60,870 nucleotides of DNA. It comes from Candidatus Omnitrophota bacterium (GTDB taxonomy: Bacteria > Omnitrophota > Gorgyraeia > Gygaellales > Profunditerraquicolaceae). The position numbers were made by a program, and so were the translations under genes. Below, in pieces: positions 1 through 9,341 of the stretch. The stretch lies in the NCBI GenBank assembly GCA_041651035.1, contig JBAZKC010000001.1:1-60870 (forward strand), written 5' to 3'. Every line of letters starts with the position of its first letter. Position 1 is the stretch's first letter. The notes under the pieces are model-generated. The model was not told the DNA's origin and did no database searches. It worked only from the letters and a program-made list of their open reading frames with translations.

Positions 1-122
1 CATAAGTGAATTCTGTTTTTACCTTAACCAATTCAATTTTTTTGCATAACTTCTTAATCAATCTGCACCTATCAACGCCTCCGCCAAATCCGCCATGCTG
101 TGTCTATAAGGTAGACAACGGC

Positions 123-154
123 CATCCAAAGGTCTTGATAAAGACCTTTGGATG
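123..154. repeat. Perfect 14-bp inverted repeat (hairpin) with GATA loop
   Basis: CATCCAAAGGTCTT (123-136) pairs perfectly with AAGACCTTTGGATG (141-154). It lies in ORF-poor DNA at the left edge of the window. Confidence 0.8.
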
Positions 155-158
155 ACAT

Positions 159-227
159 GTCGAATTCTGGCCCAAAGATTTCGAGCTGTCTTCCAAGCGA
201 GAAATCGACGGCCGTTTAGAATTCGAC
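159..227. repeat. Extended imperfect hairpin of about 69 nt (22 bp in four helical segments)
   Basis: Pairings read directly: GTCGAATTCT (159-168) with AGAATTCGAC (218-227); GGCC (169-172) with GGCC (210-213); GATTTC (177-182) with GAAATC (201-206); GC (185-186) with GC (197-198). Confidence 0.7.
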
Positions 228-262
228 GTTTCCTTGCTATTCATAGCTATTCTCATACTTTG

Positions 263-329
263 CTTCCTGCCGCGAGAGATTTTCGAGCAAGATTTGAAAT
301 TCGGGGTAACCCTTCCTGCGCGAGATTTT
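263..329. repeat. Direct repeat pair CTTCCTGC(CG)CGAGA(GA)TTTT
   Basis: The sequence at 263-283 (cttcctgccgcgagagatttt) matches 312-329 (cttcctgcgcgagatttt) apart from two 2-nt indels. The region is GC-richer than its surroundings and has no credible ORF. Confidence 0.6.
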
Positions 330-439
330 GCCGCCGTTTTGAGGCCGGTGCAACTTTCTTAATCTTCATATTTTTACCTCTTTTAAATCTAAGATATCAC
401 GTACATTCATCTGCTAAGAAACTAAAACAGGACGCCCTG

Positions 440-1285
440 TTATTTCACACTCCACTGGAATGACTCAAAATCAAACGCAGACCGCTCAACTGGACAATAG
501 ATGTCTCTATCTTTTAAGACATCGGCGACTTTATTCTTCCTGCTATTTTTCATGCCAGGACAAACAACAACACGCCGAATAAAATCCTTTGTTAATTGAA
601 CGCGAATACCCTTATTAGGTTTTCGTCCGCGTAATAAACTTGAATTTCCCAACATGAAACTATCACAAATAACACGAAATTCTTTCTCAAATGATAATGC
701 AGAATGCTTAAGTGACAATCCTCCTAACGCAAAGCAGTGAGAAGGATTAGATATGTTTTGTCCATTTGGATCAGAAAACTCAAAAGTTGATTGTTCGACT
801 TCGCTAGGAGGGTTTTCCTTTGGATTTATATAGGTTACATTACGCGCCATAATAAATAATTTCCTGTTGTGAGCTTGCCACAATTTTTCAAACATAGCTT
901 TTAATTTATCAATATCAGTCTCTATGCATACACCGCAAGTATCTTGGGAATACAGTTTCCACATCGCCATTGATTCTTCTGTTGAATTATACCAACAACT
1001 CAAGAAAACATGTGTTAAAGCGTCATTAATTTTGCCTCTTCCCATGATCGGAGTTGGCTCAATAATATCAACATCAGTAATCGTTTCATTGCCCATTTCT
1101 ATTTGCTTACGATTGAAGACATTTAAATTTTGTGTAGCGATCTGTTCAGCAATCTGCCGCCAATGAAATATTGTCAATCCTTCCCATGGATCATTTTTGA
1201 GATAATAATTTGCTGGAGGAAGGAATAAACCTTTCCTACAAACATCAACAAACCGTTTAAATGTCATGTAACGAGAAATAATCAT
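440..1285 (-). CDS. DUF2971-like protein, function unknown (accessory gene)
   Basis: 281-aa ORF. The N-terminus ISRYMTFKRFVDVCRKGLFLPPANYYLKNDPWEG fits the DUF2971 pattern as I recall it. The gene is AT-richer than the housekeeping genes. A short stem-loop (427-440) plus a T-run overlaps the stop. Confidence 0.5.
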   Translation of the reverse strand: MIISRYMTFKRFVDVCRKGLFLPPANYYLKNDPWEGLTIFHWRQIAEQIATQNLNVFNRKQIEMGNETITDVDIIEPTPIMGRGKINDALTHVFLSCWYNSTEESMAMWKLYSQDTCGVCIETDIDKLKAMFEKLWQAHNRKLFIMARNVTYINPKENPPSEVEQSTFEFSDPNGQNISNPSHCFALGGLSLKHSALSFEKEFRVICDSFMLGNSSLLRGRKPNKGIRVQLTKDFIRRVVVCPGMKNSRKNKVADVLKDRDIYCPVERSAFDFESFQWSVK

Positions 1286-1387
1286 TGTTTCACCTTTTAG
1301 AATCTATTTTTATTATCACCAAAATCATCTCGCGTCACTTACACCAATGAACAACCGAAGGTTTTAGCAAATATTAATTTATTCACT

Positions 1388-2386
1388 CTAATTGTTCCTA
1401 TTTATTAGATTCACAACCAGCATTACTATAATATCGCGTTCACTGGGCTTGCTTTCAGCAGTCATTAACGTCAAGGCAACCAGGGCATTATCGGCAATGC
1501 GCTTTGAGCCATCTTCTTTATACAAGAGACTATTTTTCTCTAAAAACCATAGAAATATTGAAGCTGCAATCCGCTTGTTGCCGTCAACAAATGAGTGATT
1601 TTTGACAATAAAATAAAGAAGGTTAGCTGCCTTCTCTTCAACGCTTGGGTATAAATCTTTTCCGTCAAACGTCTGATAGATTGAAGATACCGAACTCTTA
1701 AACGATTTATCGCGCTCTGTACCGAAAAGATTTGAACTGCCGATTCTTTCTTTAAGCTTATTTACAGCTTCTATTGCGAGTTGGTAGCTTAAAACAAATT
1801 TCTCTTCTCTTGAAGTTTTACTTATCTTAAGCCGCTTATAGTCATAGTCATCTAAAAGCCCAAGAGCGTAGTTATAATCGTTGATAACCTCAAGCAGGCC
1901 CATAGCTTCTTTGTATTCAAGCTGTTTACGGTCTTTCATACTGCCGATAAGTTTTACTGCCCGTTGTAATGCCTGAAGTTTTCGAGCTTGTTCTTTTAAG
2001 CGCTTTTCATTTAAAGTGTACCCGTCAATTAGATGCCGCTTTAAGATATTGGTAGCCCAAATACGAAACTGGGTAGCTCGAATAGAATTAACCCTATAGC
2101 CAAGCGAAATTACCGCATCAAGGTTATAGAATTTTACCGGCTTATCTGAAAAAGCAATGTGCAAAAAATGCACATTGCTTTTTCCGTCCAATTCACCAGA
2201 ACGGAATATATTACCTAGGTGCTTAGTAATAACACTCCGCTCTGTTTTAAAAAGTTTTGCTATTTGCTCTTGTGACAGCCAAACAGTTTCCTGCTCCAAC
2301 TTAACCTCAAGCTGGATTTTTTTATCTTTGGTTCGATAAATGGCAATCTCGCCTTTTGACGGAATCTCAATAATTTTGTTTTTCAT
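1388..2386 (-). CDS. RhuM-family N-terminal domain fused to a Fic/Doc (death-on-curing type) domain
   Basis: 332 aa. The N-terminal half (WLSQEQIAKLF...YNLDAVISLGYRVNSIRATQFRIWAT) is typical of RhuM virulence-protein family members. The C-terminus carries HSFVDGNKR (1571-1597), matching the Doc-type motif HxFx(D/N)(A/G)NKR. Confidence 0.8.
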   Translation of the reverse strand: MKNKIIEIPSKGEIAIYRTKDKKIQLEVKLEQETVWLSQEQIAKLFKTERSVITKHLGNIFRSGELDGKSNVHFLHIAFSDKPVKFYNLDAVISLGYRVNSIRATQFRIWATNILKRHLIDGYTLNEKRLKEQARKLQALQRAVKLIGSMKDRKQLEYKEAMGLLEVINDYNYALGLLDDYDYKRLKISKTSREEKFVLSYQLAIEAVNKLKERIGSSNLFGTERDKSFKSSVSSIYQTFDGKDLYPSVEEKAANLLYFIVKNHSFVDGNKRIAASIFLWFLEKNSLLYKEDGSKRIADNALVALTLMTAESKPSERDIIVMLVVNLINRNN

Positions 2387-2399
2387 AATTTACTAATTT

Positions 2400-2558
2400 T
2401 TAGAAAATAGTATAAATAAATGGCGTCAGTGTTGAAGATTGCGTAAAAAACATAAGCGCGCCCAATAATAAAAATATGATAATGATAGGCGCAAGCCACC
2501 ATTTCTTCCTTGCTTTAAGAAAAAGCCATAATTCTTTAAAAATAGCCAATTTTGACAT
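2400..2558 (-). CDS. DUF5989-like small membrane protein (52 aa), absent from the supplied ORF track
   Basis: Hand translation gives MSKLAIFKELWLFLKARKKWWLAPIIIIFLLLGALMFFTQSSTLTPFIYTIF*. The ELW.FLK.RKKWWL.PII...PFIYT.F pattern and the position right after an SxtJ-like gene match the DUF5989 family as I recall it. Confidence 0.6.
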   Translation of the reverse strand: MSKLAIFKELWLFLKARKKWWLAPIIIIFLLLGALMFFTQSSTLTPFIYTIF

Positions 2559-2573
2559 CTTGGCTTCCTTTTG

Positions 2574-2975
2574 TTAAAATTGCCTCTCGTAATCAGCCGG
2601 TAGAAATTGCTTATTTTCTTTGGGCTTCCAATACGAGCCGCGGGAACGATCGAACTTTCTTTCTAAAAGATCCACCCTGAATAAACGCATGATCAAGCCA
2701 ATGGGTGAGAAAATAAAATAAAAAATAAAACATAATAACAGCCTCGTATTAAGCCAACTTAAAACAAAGGCCAGCTTCATCCATGGGATATAAAAATACT
2801 TTAGCAAGGCCGGGGCGCATAGCGTAAGCAAAAGAAAGAATAAGGAAACTACCCCTGTCAGGATCAGGGAGTGTTTATCCCTAAGAAAAAGAATCAACGT
2901 AATCCCGGCAAAACATAGCGCCATGATCAGGCCAAAGTTCCTTAAAATATTCTTATCTGTTTTTATTTTATCCAT
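2574..2975 (-). CDS. SxtJ-like small membrane protein
   Basis: 133 aa with multiple TM helices. It has LRNFGLI near the N-terminus, SPIGLIMRL...SYW and a C-terminal YERQF. It sits directly downstream of a carbamoyltransferase, as SxtJ-family genes usually do. Confidence 0.6.
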   Translation of the reverse strand: MDKIKTDKNILRNFGLIMALCFAGITLILFLRDKHSLILTGVVSLFFLLLTLCAPALLKYFYIPWMKLAFVLSWLNTRLLLCFIFYFIFSPIGLIMRLFRVDLLERKFDRSRGSYWKPKENKQFLPADYERQF

Positions 2976-2979
2976 TATC

Positions 2980-4797
2980 TTAGTCTAATTCAAAATGTTT
3001 TTTCCAACCTTCGTCTTTTTCAACGCTTTTCTGAAGCCGCTTATCCAAAAGGTAACTTCCCATGACTAAATAATCCATCTCTGTGCGCATAAAACAGGAA
3101 AATGCGTCTTCCGGGGTAGAGACCAAAGGCTCTCCCCGCACATTAAATGAGGTATTTATAATAACAGGGCAGCCCGTTTCTTTAAAGAACTCATTTATCG
3201 TATCATAATAGAGAGGTTGATCATCCCTCTTAACAGTCTGTACCCTGGCTGAATAATCAACATGAGTTACTGCTGGAATTAACGAACGCTCAACTTTAAG
3301 CTTATCTAATCCATTGGCTGCCTTAAGCGCGATATCCACATCCAGCCTCTTATCTTTTTTTATGGGAGCAGTAAAAAGCATATACGGGCTTTCTCTATCC
3401 AACTCAAACCATTGCGCAGCTTCTTCTTGAAGCACCGCAGGGGCAAAAGGGCGAAAGGACTCGCGATATTTGATCTTAAGATTCATCTTGGCTTGCATCT
3501 CTTTATTCCTCGCGTCAGCAATAATGCTCCTGGAACCTAAAGCGCGCGGCCCAAATTCCATTCTTCCCTGAAACCAGCCAATGATATTTCCTTCCTCAAT
3601 AAGCCTGGCAACAGATTTCGGCAGCTCTAACAAATTAAGTTTCTTAAATGGGATGTTTTTGCCTTTCAGGAAATCGCCAATCTCTTCATCATCGTAGGCG
3701 GGCCCTAAAAAAGAAGCCTGCGGAGAATCCGTGATGCCACCGGAGGACCGGTTATTCCCAAGATGTTTATGCCAAATCAATAACGCCGCGCCCAAAGCCC
3801 CGCCAGCGTCTCCGCTTGCCGGTTGAACCCATATATTCTCAAACGGCCCTTCGCGTAAAATACGGCCGTTGCTTACACAATTAAGAGCTACGCCTCCTGC
3901 CAGACAGAGATTTTTTTGTCCGGTAGTCTTATAGATATGCCTGGACATCTTCAACATAATATCTTCAGTAACTTTTTGGATAGAAGCGGCTAAATCCATC
4001 TCTTTCCGCGTAATCCTGGTCTCTGGTTTACGAGGCGCTCCGCCAAATAAACGGTCAAACTTACCATTGGTCATACGTAACCCATTGCAAAAACCAAAAA
4101 ATTCCATATTTATCCTGAAAGAACCGTCATCTTTAATATCCACTAAATTCTTAAGAATCAGATCTGCATAGCGCGGCTGGCCATAAGGAGCAAGCCCCAT
4201 CAATTTATATTCGCCTGAATTAACTTTAAATCCGGTGTAATAAGTAAACGCTGAATAAAGGAGTCCCAGTGAATGCGGAAATCTCAGATAATATCGCGGT
4301 TCTAAATTGTTACCTTTGCCTATACCAAAGGCTGCTGTTTCCCATTCGCCAACACCATCTATAGTAAGAAACGCCGCTTCCTTAAATGGCGAAGGATAAA
4401 AAGCGCTGGCGGCATGAGATTCATGATGGCCGCAAAAGAGGATTTTCCCCTGATACCCAAGCTGATCTTTAATAATTTCAGGGATCCATAATTTCTGCTT
4501 AAGCCATGAAGGTATGGCCTGGATAAATTGTTTTATCCCTGAAGGGGCATAGGTAAGCGCGGTTTCGAGAATGCGCTCAAACTTAATAAATGGCTTATCA
4601 TAGAAAACCACATAATCGAGGCCCTTGCTGCTGGTCTTGCCTTCTTTTAAACACCAATTGACAGCATGCAAAGGAAAACTAAGATCATGTTTTTTACGGC
4701 TAAAACTCTCCTCCTGCGCGGCCCCGATGATCTTACCATCGCGCAGCAGGCAAGCCGCGCTATCATGATAAAAACAGGAAATACCTAAAATATCCAC
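2980..4797 (-). CDS. Carbamoyltransferase (NodU/CmcH family)
   Basis: 605 aa. The N-terminus ILGISCFYHDSAACLLRDGKIIGAAQEESFSRKKHD and the overall length are characteristic of the family. Confidence 0.9.
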   Translation of the reverse strand: MDILGISCFYHDSAACLLRDGKIIGAAQEESFSRKKHDLSFPLHAVNWCLKEGKTSSKGLDYVVFYDKPFIKFERILETALTYAPSGIKQFIQAIPSWLKQKLWIPEIIKDQLGYQGKILFCGHHESHAASAFYPSPFKEAAFLTIDGVGEWETAAFGIGKGNNLEPRYYLRFPHSLGLLYSAFTYYTGFKVNSGEYKLMGLAPYGQPRYADLILKNLVDIKDDGSFRINMEFFGFCNGLRMTNGKFDRLFGGAPRKPETRITRKEMDLAASIQKVTEDIMLKMSRHIYKTTGQKNLCLAGGVALNCVSNGRILREGPFENIWVQPASGDAGGALGAALLIWHKHLGNNRSSGGITDSPQASFLGPAYDDEEIGDFLKGKNIPFKKLNLLELPKSVARLIEEGNIIGWFQGRMEFGPRALGSRSIIADARNKEMQAKMNLKIKYRESFRPFAPAVLQEEAAQWFELDRESPYMLFTAPIKKDKRLDVDIALKAANGLDKLKVERSLIPAVTHVDYSARVQTVKRDDQPLYYDTINEFFKETGCPVIINTSFNVRGEPLVSTPEDAFSCFMRTEMDYLVMGSYLLDKRLQKSVEKDEGWKKHFELD

Positions 4798-4829
4798 TCT
4801 GACCCTCTTCTTAGTTATATAGCCTTGCC

Positions 4830-5906
4830 TTAAGAATTACTCAGGAATTTGCGCCTGTAAAGAATCTCCCGGATCGCTCTGGCAGTTACGCCTGAGCCAT
4901 ATACATTCGGATGACAGCCATCCCCAACGGTATATATTTCTTTTAAAGAAAGAGGCTTGCTTTTGGGCAATGCGGCGGATGTCATCTCCTGGTAATCTTT
5001 AATGAAGAAATCAGCTAATCGGTATGAATCTAAATTGTATTTCCTGCAAATTGCCTCAATTTTTAGCAGCCTTTCATATTGCCCCGGCATAGGGCAGAAA
5101 TCCTTAATCGCCGCCCTTAGAGGCGAAGAATCAGAAAATCTCGGCCATATCACCACAAACATTTCAAATCCATATTTCCGCGCGATCGTTTTCATGCGCG
5201 CGATGCCTGATCCTACAGAATCGCGCAATGTTTCTCTATGGAGTTTTTTGCGGTAATTCAAGTCCGTACGAAATCTAAGCTTGCATATATCAAGCTTTAA
5301 CACCACAAAACGAAAAAGGCAGGATTTCTTAAAAAGCATCTTCTCTATACCGGAGATCTGCGGGTCATAATAAGCAATATCACTATTTTCTGGATCAAAA
5401 TCATTATCTTCAAAAACAAGAATTACCAGATCCGGAGAATATTTTACGCCTTTGGCCCTGAGCAATTCCGACTCCGCCAAAGTCTGGTACCCGCCTACCC
5501 CCAAATTCAAGACTTCAATATGAGCTAAAGCAGGCAAAGACCGTTCCAATTGCCGGGAAATGGTATCATCAAGTCCCCAAACTCCGTGCCCGGCAACAAT
5601 AGAATCGCCTAATAGTATAATCCTTCTGACACCGCGAGGTTTTAAATAAGCCCGCTCAATATCTCTCTGGCCGTGCGAATTCGTCTCTGGAAAATTGCCA
5701 AAATGAAGGCTGGGGTTGTTATCGCGGTAATTGGCTTTTAATTCATACCCCAAAATCGGATTAGATGAGCTTTTGTAACCGCTTTTTCTGGAATCAACGC
5801 TCAAAGAAAATAAACTGGGAGCAAGATGCAGCACCCTTACAGCAAACTCCCCCAGAAATAAGGCGACAATAATAGAACAAAAAAATAGTAAAACATTCCA
5901 TCTCAT
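4830..5906 (-). CDS. Membrane-anchored SGNH/GDSL-type hydrolase
   Basis: 358 aa with an N-terminal hydrophobic anchor. It has the GDS block ILLGDSIVAGHG and a late DGCHPN block resembling SGNH block V. Confidence 0.7.
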   Translation of the reverse strand: MRWNVLLFFCSIIVALFLGEFAVRVLHLAPSLFSLSVDSRKSGYKSSSNPILGYELKANYRDNNPSLHFGNFPETNSHGQRDIERAYLKPRGVRRIILLGDSIVAGHGVWGLDDTISRQLERSLPALAHIEVLNLGVGGYQTLAESELLRAKGVKYSPDLVILVFEDNDFDPENSDIAYYDPQISGIEKMLFKKSCLFRFVVLKLDICKLRFRTDLNYRKKLHRETLRDSVGSGIARMKTIARKYGFEMFVVIWPRFSDSSPLRAAIKDFCPMPGQYERLLKIEAICRKYNLDSYRLADFFIKDYQEMTSAALPKSKPLSLKEIYTVGDGCHPNVYGSGVTARAIREILYRRKFLSNS

Positions 5907-5920
5907 TTTAATCTATCCGC

Positions 5921-6214
5921 CTATCCTTCCGCCACTAACTCCTCTTTCTGCTCCCTGGTCAGCGCCTTTATCCTTTTTTCTTCCAAGAAAGCATTCTTGA
6001 AATATCTATACTCCTTGCACCACACTAATTTTACCGGCCTTCTGTCCCGGGTATACTTGGCACCTTTACCCTGGTTGTGCAATTTTACGCGATTCTCTAA
6101 GTCAGGCGTATATCCGGCATAATAAGTCTTATCCGCGCATTCCACGATATAGGCATAAAATCTTCCCTTGCGGACGAATTTAACCCTTGCCTTTTTCCTG
6201 CCCTTCTTTTTCAT
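5921..6214 (-). CDS. GIY-YIG nuclease family protein (small stand-alone type)
   Basis: 97 aa. [31 protein letters not shown] matches the GIY-YIG core. Confidence 0.85.
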   Translation of the reverse strand: MKKKGRKKARVKFVRKGRFYAYIVECADKTYYAGYTPDLENRVKLHNQGKGAKYTRDRRPVKLVWCKEYRYFKNAFLEEKRIKALTREQKEELVAEG

Positions 6215-6222
6215 AAGAAACT

Positions 6223-6939
6223 TTAATTATCCAACTTGGACCCGGAAAGAAGTTCTCTTGCCCCATTCTTATCTTGAATATATACTTCGGGGATAAATTC
6301 TATGGAATTGGGGATAAGACTGGCTATAACTTTCTTTATTCTTGCCTGCTGCGTTTCATTCTGAAGGTCAAAGATGGGATTCTGGCTGATATCGTTTAAT
6401 AAAAGAACAACTGGATCATGCGGAAATACAAAATCCTTTAAAATCTGCTTGATAAGGATATCTAAATAATCCGGCTTGTCCTTGAATACATCCACAGTAG
6501 TTTTAAAAGTTATCTTCCCCCAGTCTCCGGCAATCGTTTTATGCATGAGCGCGTAAACGGAAGAATATTTGATCATCTTAATTTCCCCGGGGGCTAATTT
6601 AACGGCTGTATTCATAATGACGGTAGAAAGTTCGGCGTGCTTGAATGTTTTTATTTCCTTGTGTATATCAATAGTCAGGAGGTCAAAAATATAGCCGCCG
6701 CGGACTCCGGGGATAGCGTTGACTATGCTGCGTTTTAAGAAATCCTCTATCGCCTCCCAGAGGATCTTTTCATCATCGCGGATAAAATTTAATGCCAGGA
6801 CATTACAGGCCTGGCCTTCGCGGATAGCTTTATATTGGCGGACTTTTTCCTCATTATGCCCGGTATAGGAAATTTCGTCAAAAAGCGGCATATGCTGGAA
6901 GAGGTTTGAATTCTGAAATCCAAAATCAATTAAATTCAT
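6223..6939 (-). CDS. Hypothetical protein
   Basis: The ORF is open to 7050, but that extension overlaps the rubrerythrin gene. The start is placed at MNLIDF (6939), 22 nt after the rubrerythrin stop. No family was recognised. Confidence 0.45.
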   Translation of the reverse strand: MNLIDFGFQNSNLFQHMPLFDEISYTGHNEEKVRQYKAIREGQACNVLALNFIRDDEKILWEAIEDFLKRSIVNAIPGVRGGYIFDLLTIDIHKEIKTFKHAELSTVIMNTAVKLAPGEIKMIKYSSVYALMHKTIAGDWGKITFKTTVDVFKDKPDYLDILIKQILKDFVFPHDPVVLLLNDISQNPIFDLQNETQQARIKKVIASLIPNSIEFIPEVYIQDKNGARELLSGSKLDN

Positions 6940-6961
6940 AAGGTTGCCTGGATTATCTTGC

Positions 6962-7540
6962 TTAATAATTCCCAGCCAGGACTTCATAAAATGCCTGAGG
7001 ATGCTTGCAGGCCGGGCATTCCGCGGGAGCCTCAATGCCCTCAAACACATAACCGCAATTAATGCAATGCCATTTTACCGGCGCCTTCTTTTTAAAGACT
7101 TCTCCGTCCGTAAGATTCTTGATCAATTTTCTGTATCTTGATTCATGGAAACGCTCAACCCTGGCTACCTGTTCAAAAGAGCGCGCGACATCCGCGAACC
7201 CTTCAGCTTTGGCGACCTCGGCGAAATCCTGATACAAGACCGTCCATTCTAAATTTTCTCCGGAAGCCGCTGCTTCCAGGTTGCTCTTTGTATCCTTTAT
7301 CGAACCTGCCGGATAGGCGGCGGTGATCTCCACGTCTCCGCCTTCAAGATACTTAAAGAAAACCTTAGCATGCTCTTTTTCGTTCTCGGCGGTTTCAATA
7401 AAAATATTGGCTATCTGCTCATAGCCCTCTTTTCTGGCCACGCTGGCAAAATAGGTGTACCTATTCCTTGCCTGCGATTCTCCGGCGAATGATTTCAAAA
7501 GATTCTGTTCTGTCTTTGTCCCTTTAATTGATTTTGCCAT
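6962..7540 (-). CDS. rbr: Rubrerythrin
   Basis: 192 aa. It has the ferritin-like diiron domain (TEQNLLKSFAGESQARNRYTYFA...ENEKEHAKVF) plus a C-terminal rubredoxin-like CINCG...CPACKHP. Confidence 0.9.
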   Translation of the reverse strand: MAKSIKGTKTEQNLLKSFAGESQARNRYTYFASVARKEGYEQIANIFIETAENEKEHAKVFFKYLEGGDVEITAAYPAGSIKDTKSNLEAAASGENLEWTVLYQDFAEVAKAEGFADVARSFEQVARVERFHESRYRKLIKNLTDGEVFKKKAPVKWHCINCGYVFEGIEAPAECPACKHPQAFYEVLAGNY

Positions 7541-7610
7541 CTTTTATCCTCCTTGCCCAGAGGGGCACACCGGCCTATCCGATAAGGCCGGGTGTAACTT
7601 TCCGTTTATC

Positions 7611-9341
7611 TTAACGTAATATTACGAAATTAAGCACCGCGCCCACAATAAGGCTTATGCCTATCATGATAGAAGTAGATTTAATCAGGCTTTTGAAACC
7701 CAATTCTTTCCATAAGACTATAAAAGTGGCTACACAGGGAAACGACACTGCTAATAAGGTTGCCGCGATAAATAATTGTTTGGCGGAAAGCCCCAAGGGC
7801 ATCAGCATGCCTACGGCAACATCCTTTCTTAAGAAGCCTATCACTAAAGCAACTACTGCTTCTTTGGGCAAACCGAATAAACCGTTAACTATCGGAGCAA
7901 ATACGCCGGTTACTATATCAAATACCTTAAGGTATAACAGGATATTTATCGCCATAACGCCGATAAGGACCACCGGTACCGCCTCTATCAGGAAACCTTT
8001 GATACGGGAATACAACTTATGCCCTAACATGTGCAGCGGCGGAAACCTATAAGGAGGGATCTCCAGCAGAAATTCAGGGCTATATCCTGTTAAGGCGCGG
8101 TTTAAGATCAATCCTAATATTACAACCAAAGAAAATAAAACCAGATACACTCCGCTTACATAAAATCCGCCGAATTTACCTAATAAACCAAAAATCATTG
8201 CCTGCAAAGGCACGCACGGCACGCCTATGGAAATAATAGTTGAGGCGATAAATCTTTCGCGCTTGGATTCTAAGACCCTGGTAGCTAAAATACCGGGGAC
8301 ATTGCAGCCGAAACCTAAAAGCACAGGGATGATCGCGTAACCATGCAGGCCCAGCCGGTGCAAAACGTTATCCAGCAATATCGCCAGGCGGGGCAAATAT
8401 CCTATATCTTCCAGGAGGCTTAAGATAAAATAAAATGACACGACGTATGGCAGCACCATACCGAATTCAATATACGGAGCCGTAGTCAACACGCCTAAAG
8501 ACTGTTTAAAATCTATCTTGCCGTTGATTAAATCGCCAATAAGCAAATGGAACCAGAATCCCTTTTCTTGCCAATGAAAAGTCAGTTTCTCCAACAGCGG
8601 CTGGTATAGATTGATAAAAACGGGGTCTGTTATCCTGCTGATGATCAGCTCGCCCACAAAACGCACGATCTTAAACGACGCGTAGATAACTCCTGCCGCG
8701 ATCAAGAAACCGGTCAGCGGCCTGACAGACGCGTCTTCCAGGGACTCTCTTAAGGTATGATGCCTGTGCTCCAGGCGCTGTACTTGCTCAACAATTTTGC
8801 CTATTTCCATCCAGCGCTCTTCATGCGCGAGCCTGCCCCTTACAACAGAAGTTGTTTCTTTTATCCGCTCGATCAACAATTTAACGCCTGTGCCGGTTAC
8901 CGCGCAAGTTGGGACAACCGGTACCCTTAAAAGCTCTTCTAACTTTACGGTATCAATATGGACCCCTCTATGGCTGGCATCATCGCACATATTCAAACAG
9001 ACGACCACCGGATATCCTTCTTCAATAAGCTGTAAAGTCAGGAGTAAATTTCTTTCCAGGTTAGTGGAATCCAGTATATTAATAACCGCCATTTCATTCC
9101 TGGGGCCTTCTTTTAATAAAGATACCGCTACTTCTTCCGCGCGGGAAGTCGGATCTAATGAATAAGCCCCGGGCAGGTCTATAACCTCTATTCTTTCCTC
9201 GCCTAAGCTTAAGTACCCCCTGGATATTTCTACTGTTGTACCGGGATAATTTGAAGAAATTACCTGTATACCGGTAAGGCGGGAAAAGACTACGCTTTTA
9301 CCGACATTAGGATTGCCTATTAAATAAACTTTCTTGATCAT
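7611..9341 (-). CDS. feoB: Ferrous iron transporter FeoB
   Basis: 576 aa. An N-terminal G-domain (GNPNVGKS, DLPG) is followed by a polytopic membrane domain. It overlaps feoA by 4 nt. Confidence 0.9.
   Translation of the reverse strand: MIKKVYLIGNPNVGKSVVFSRLTGIQVISSNYPGTTVEISRGYLSLGEERIEVIDLPGAYSLDPTSRAEEVAVSLLKEGPRNEMAVINILDSTNLERNLLLTLQLIEEGYPVVVCLNMCDDASHRGVHIDTVKLEELLRVPVVPTCAVTGTGVKLLIERIKETTSVVRGRLAHEERWMEIGKIVEQVQRLEHRHHTLRESLEDASVRPLTGFLIAAGVIYASFKIVRFVGELIISRITDPVFINLYQPLLEKLTFHWQEKGFWFHLLIGDLINGKIDFKQSLGVLTTAPYIEFGMVLPYVVSFYFILSLLEDIGYLPRLAILLDNVLHRLGLHGYAIIPVLLGFGCNVPGILATRVLESKRERFIASTIISIGVPCVPLQAMIFGLLGKFGGFYVSGVYLVLFSLVVILGLILNRALTGYSPEFLLEIPPYRFPPLHMLGHKLYSRIKGFLIEAVPVVLIGVMAINILLYLKVFDIVTGVFAPIVNGLFGLPKEAVVALVIGFLRKDVAVGMLMPLGLSAKQLFIAATLLAVSFPCVATFIVLWKELGFKSLIKSTSIMIGISLIVGAVLNFVILR

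Noticed and set aside
1-122. A possible start (CAT at 1-3, which is ATG on the minus strand) of a gene running off the left edge, with promoter-like TTGATT/TTGAAT words.
   Set aside because: Only the putative start codon is inside the window, so nothing can be supported from the sequence available.
152-463. A 103-aa plus-strand ORF at the left edge.
   Set aside because: The translation is Arg/Phe-rich and low in complexity. It runs straight through the hairpins and direct repeats at 159-340, has no SD, and lies opposite to every neighbouring gene. It is most likely a chance ORF in GC-richer structured DNA.
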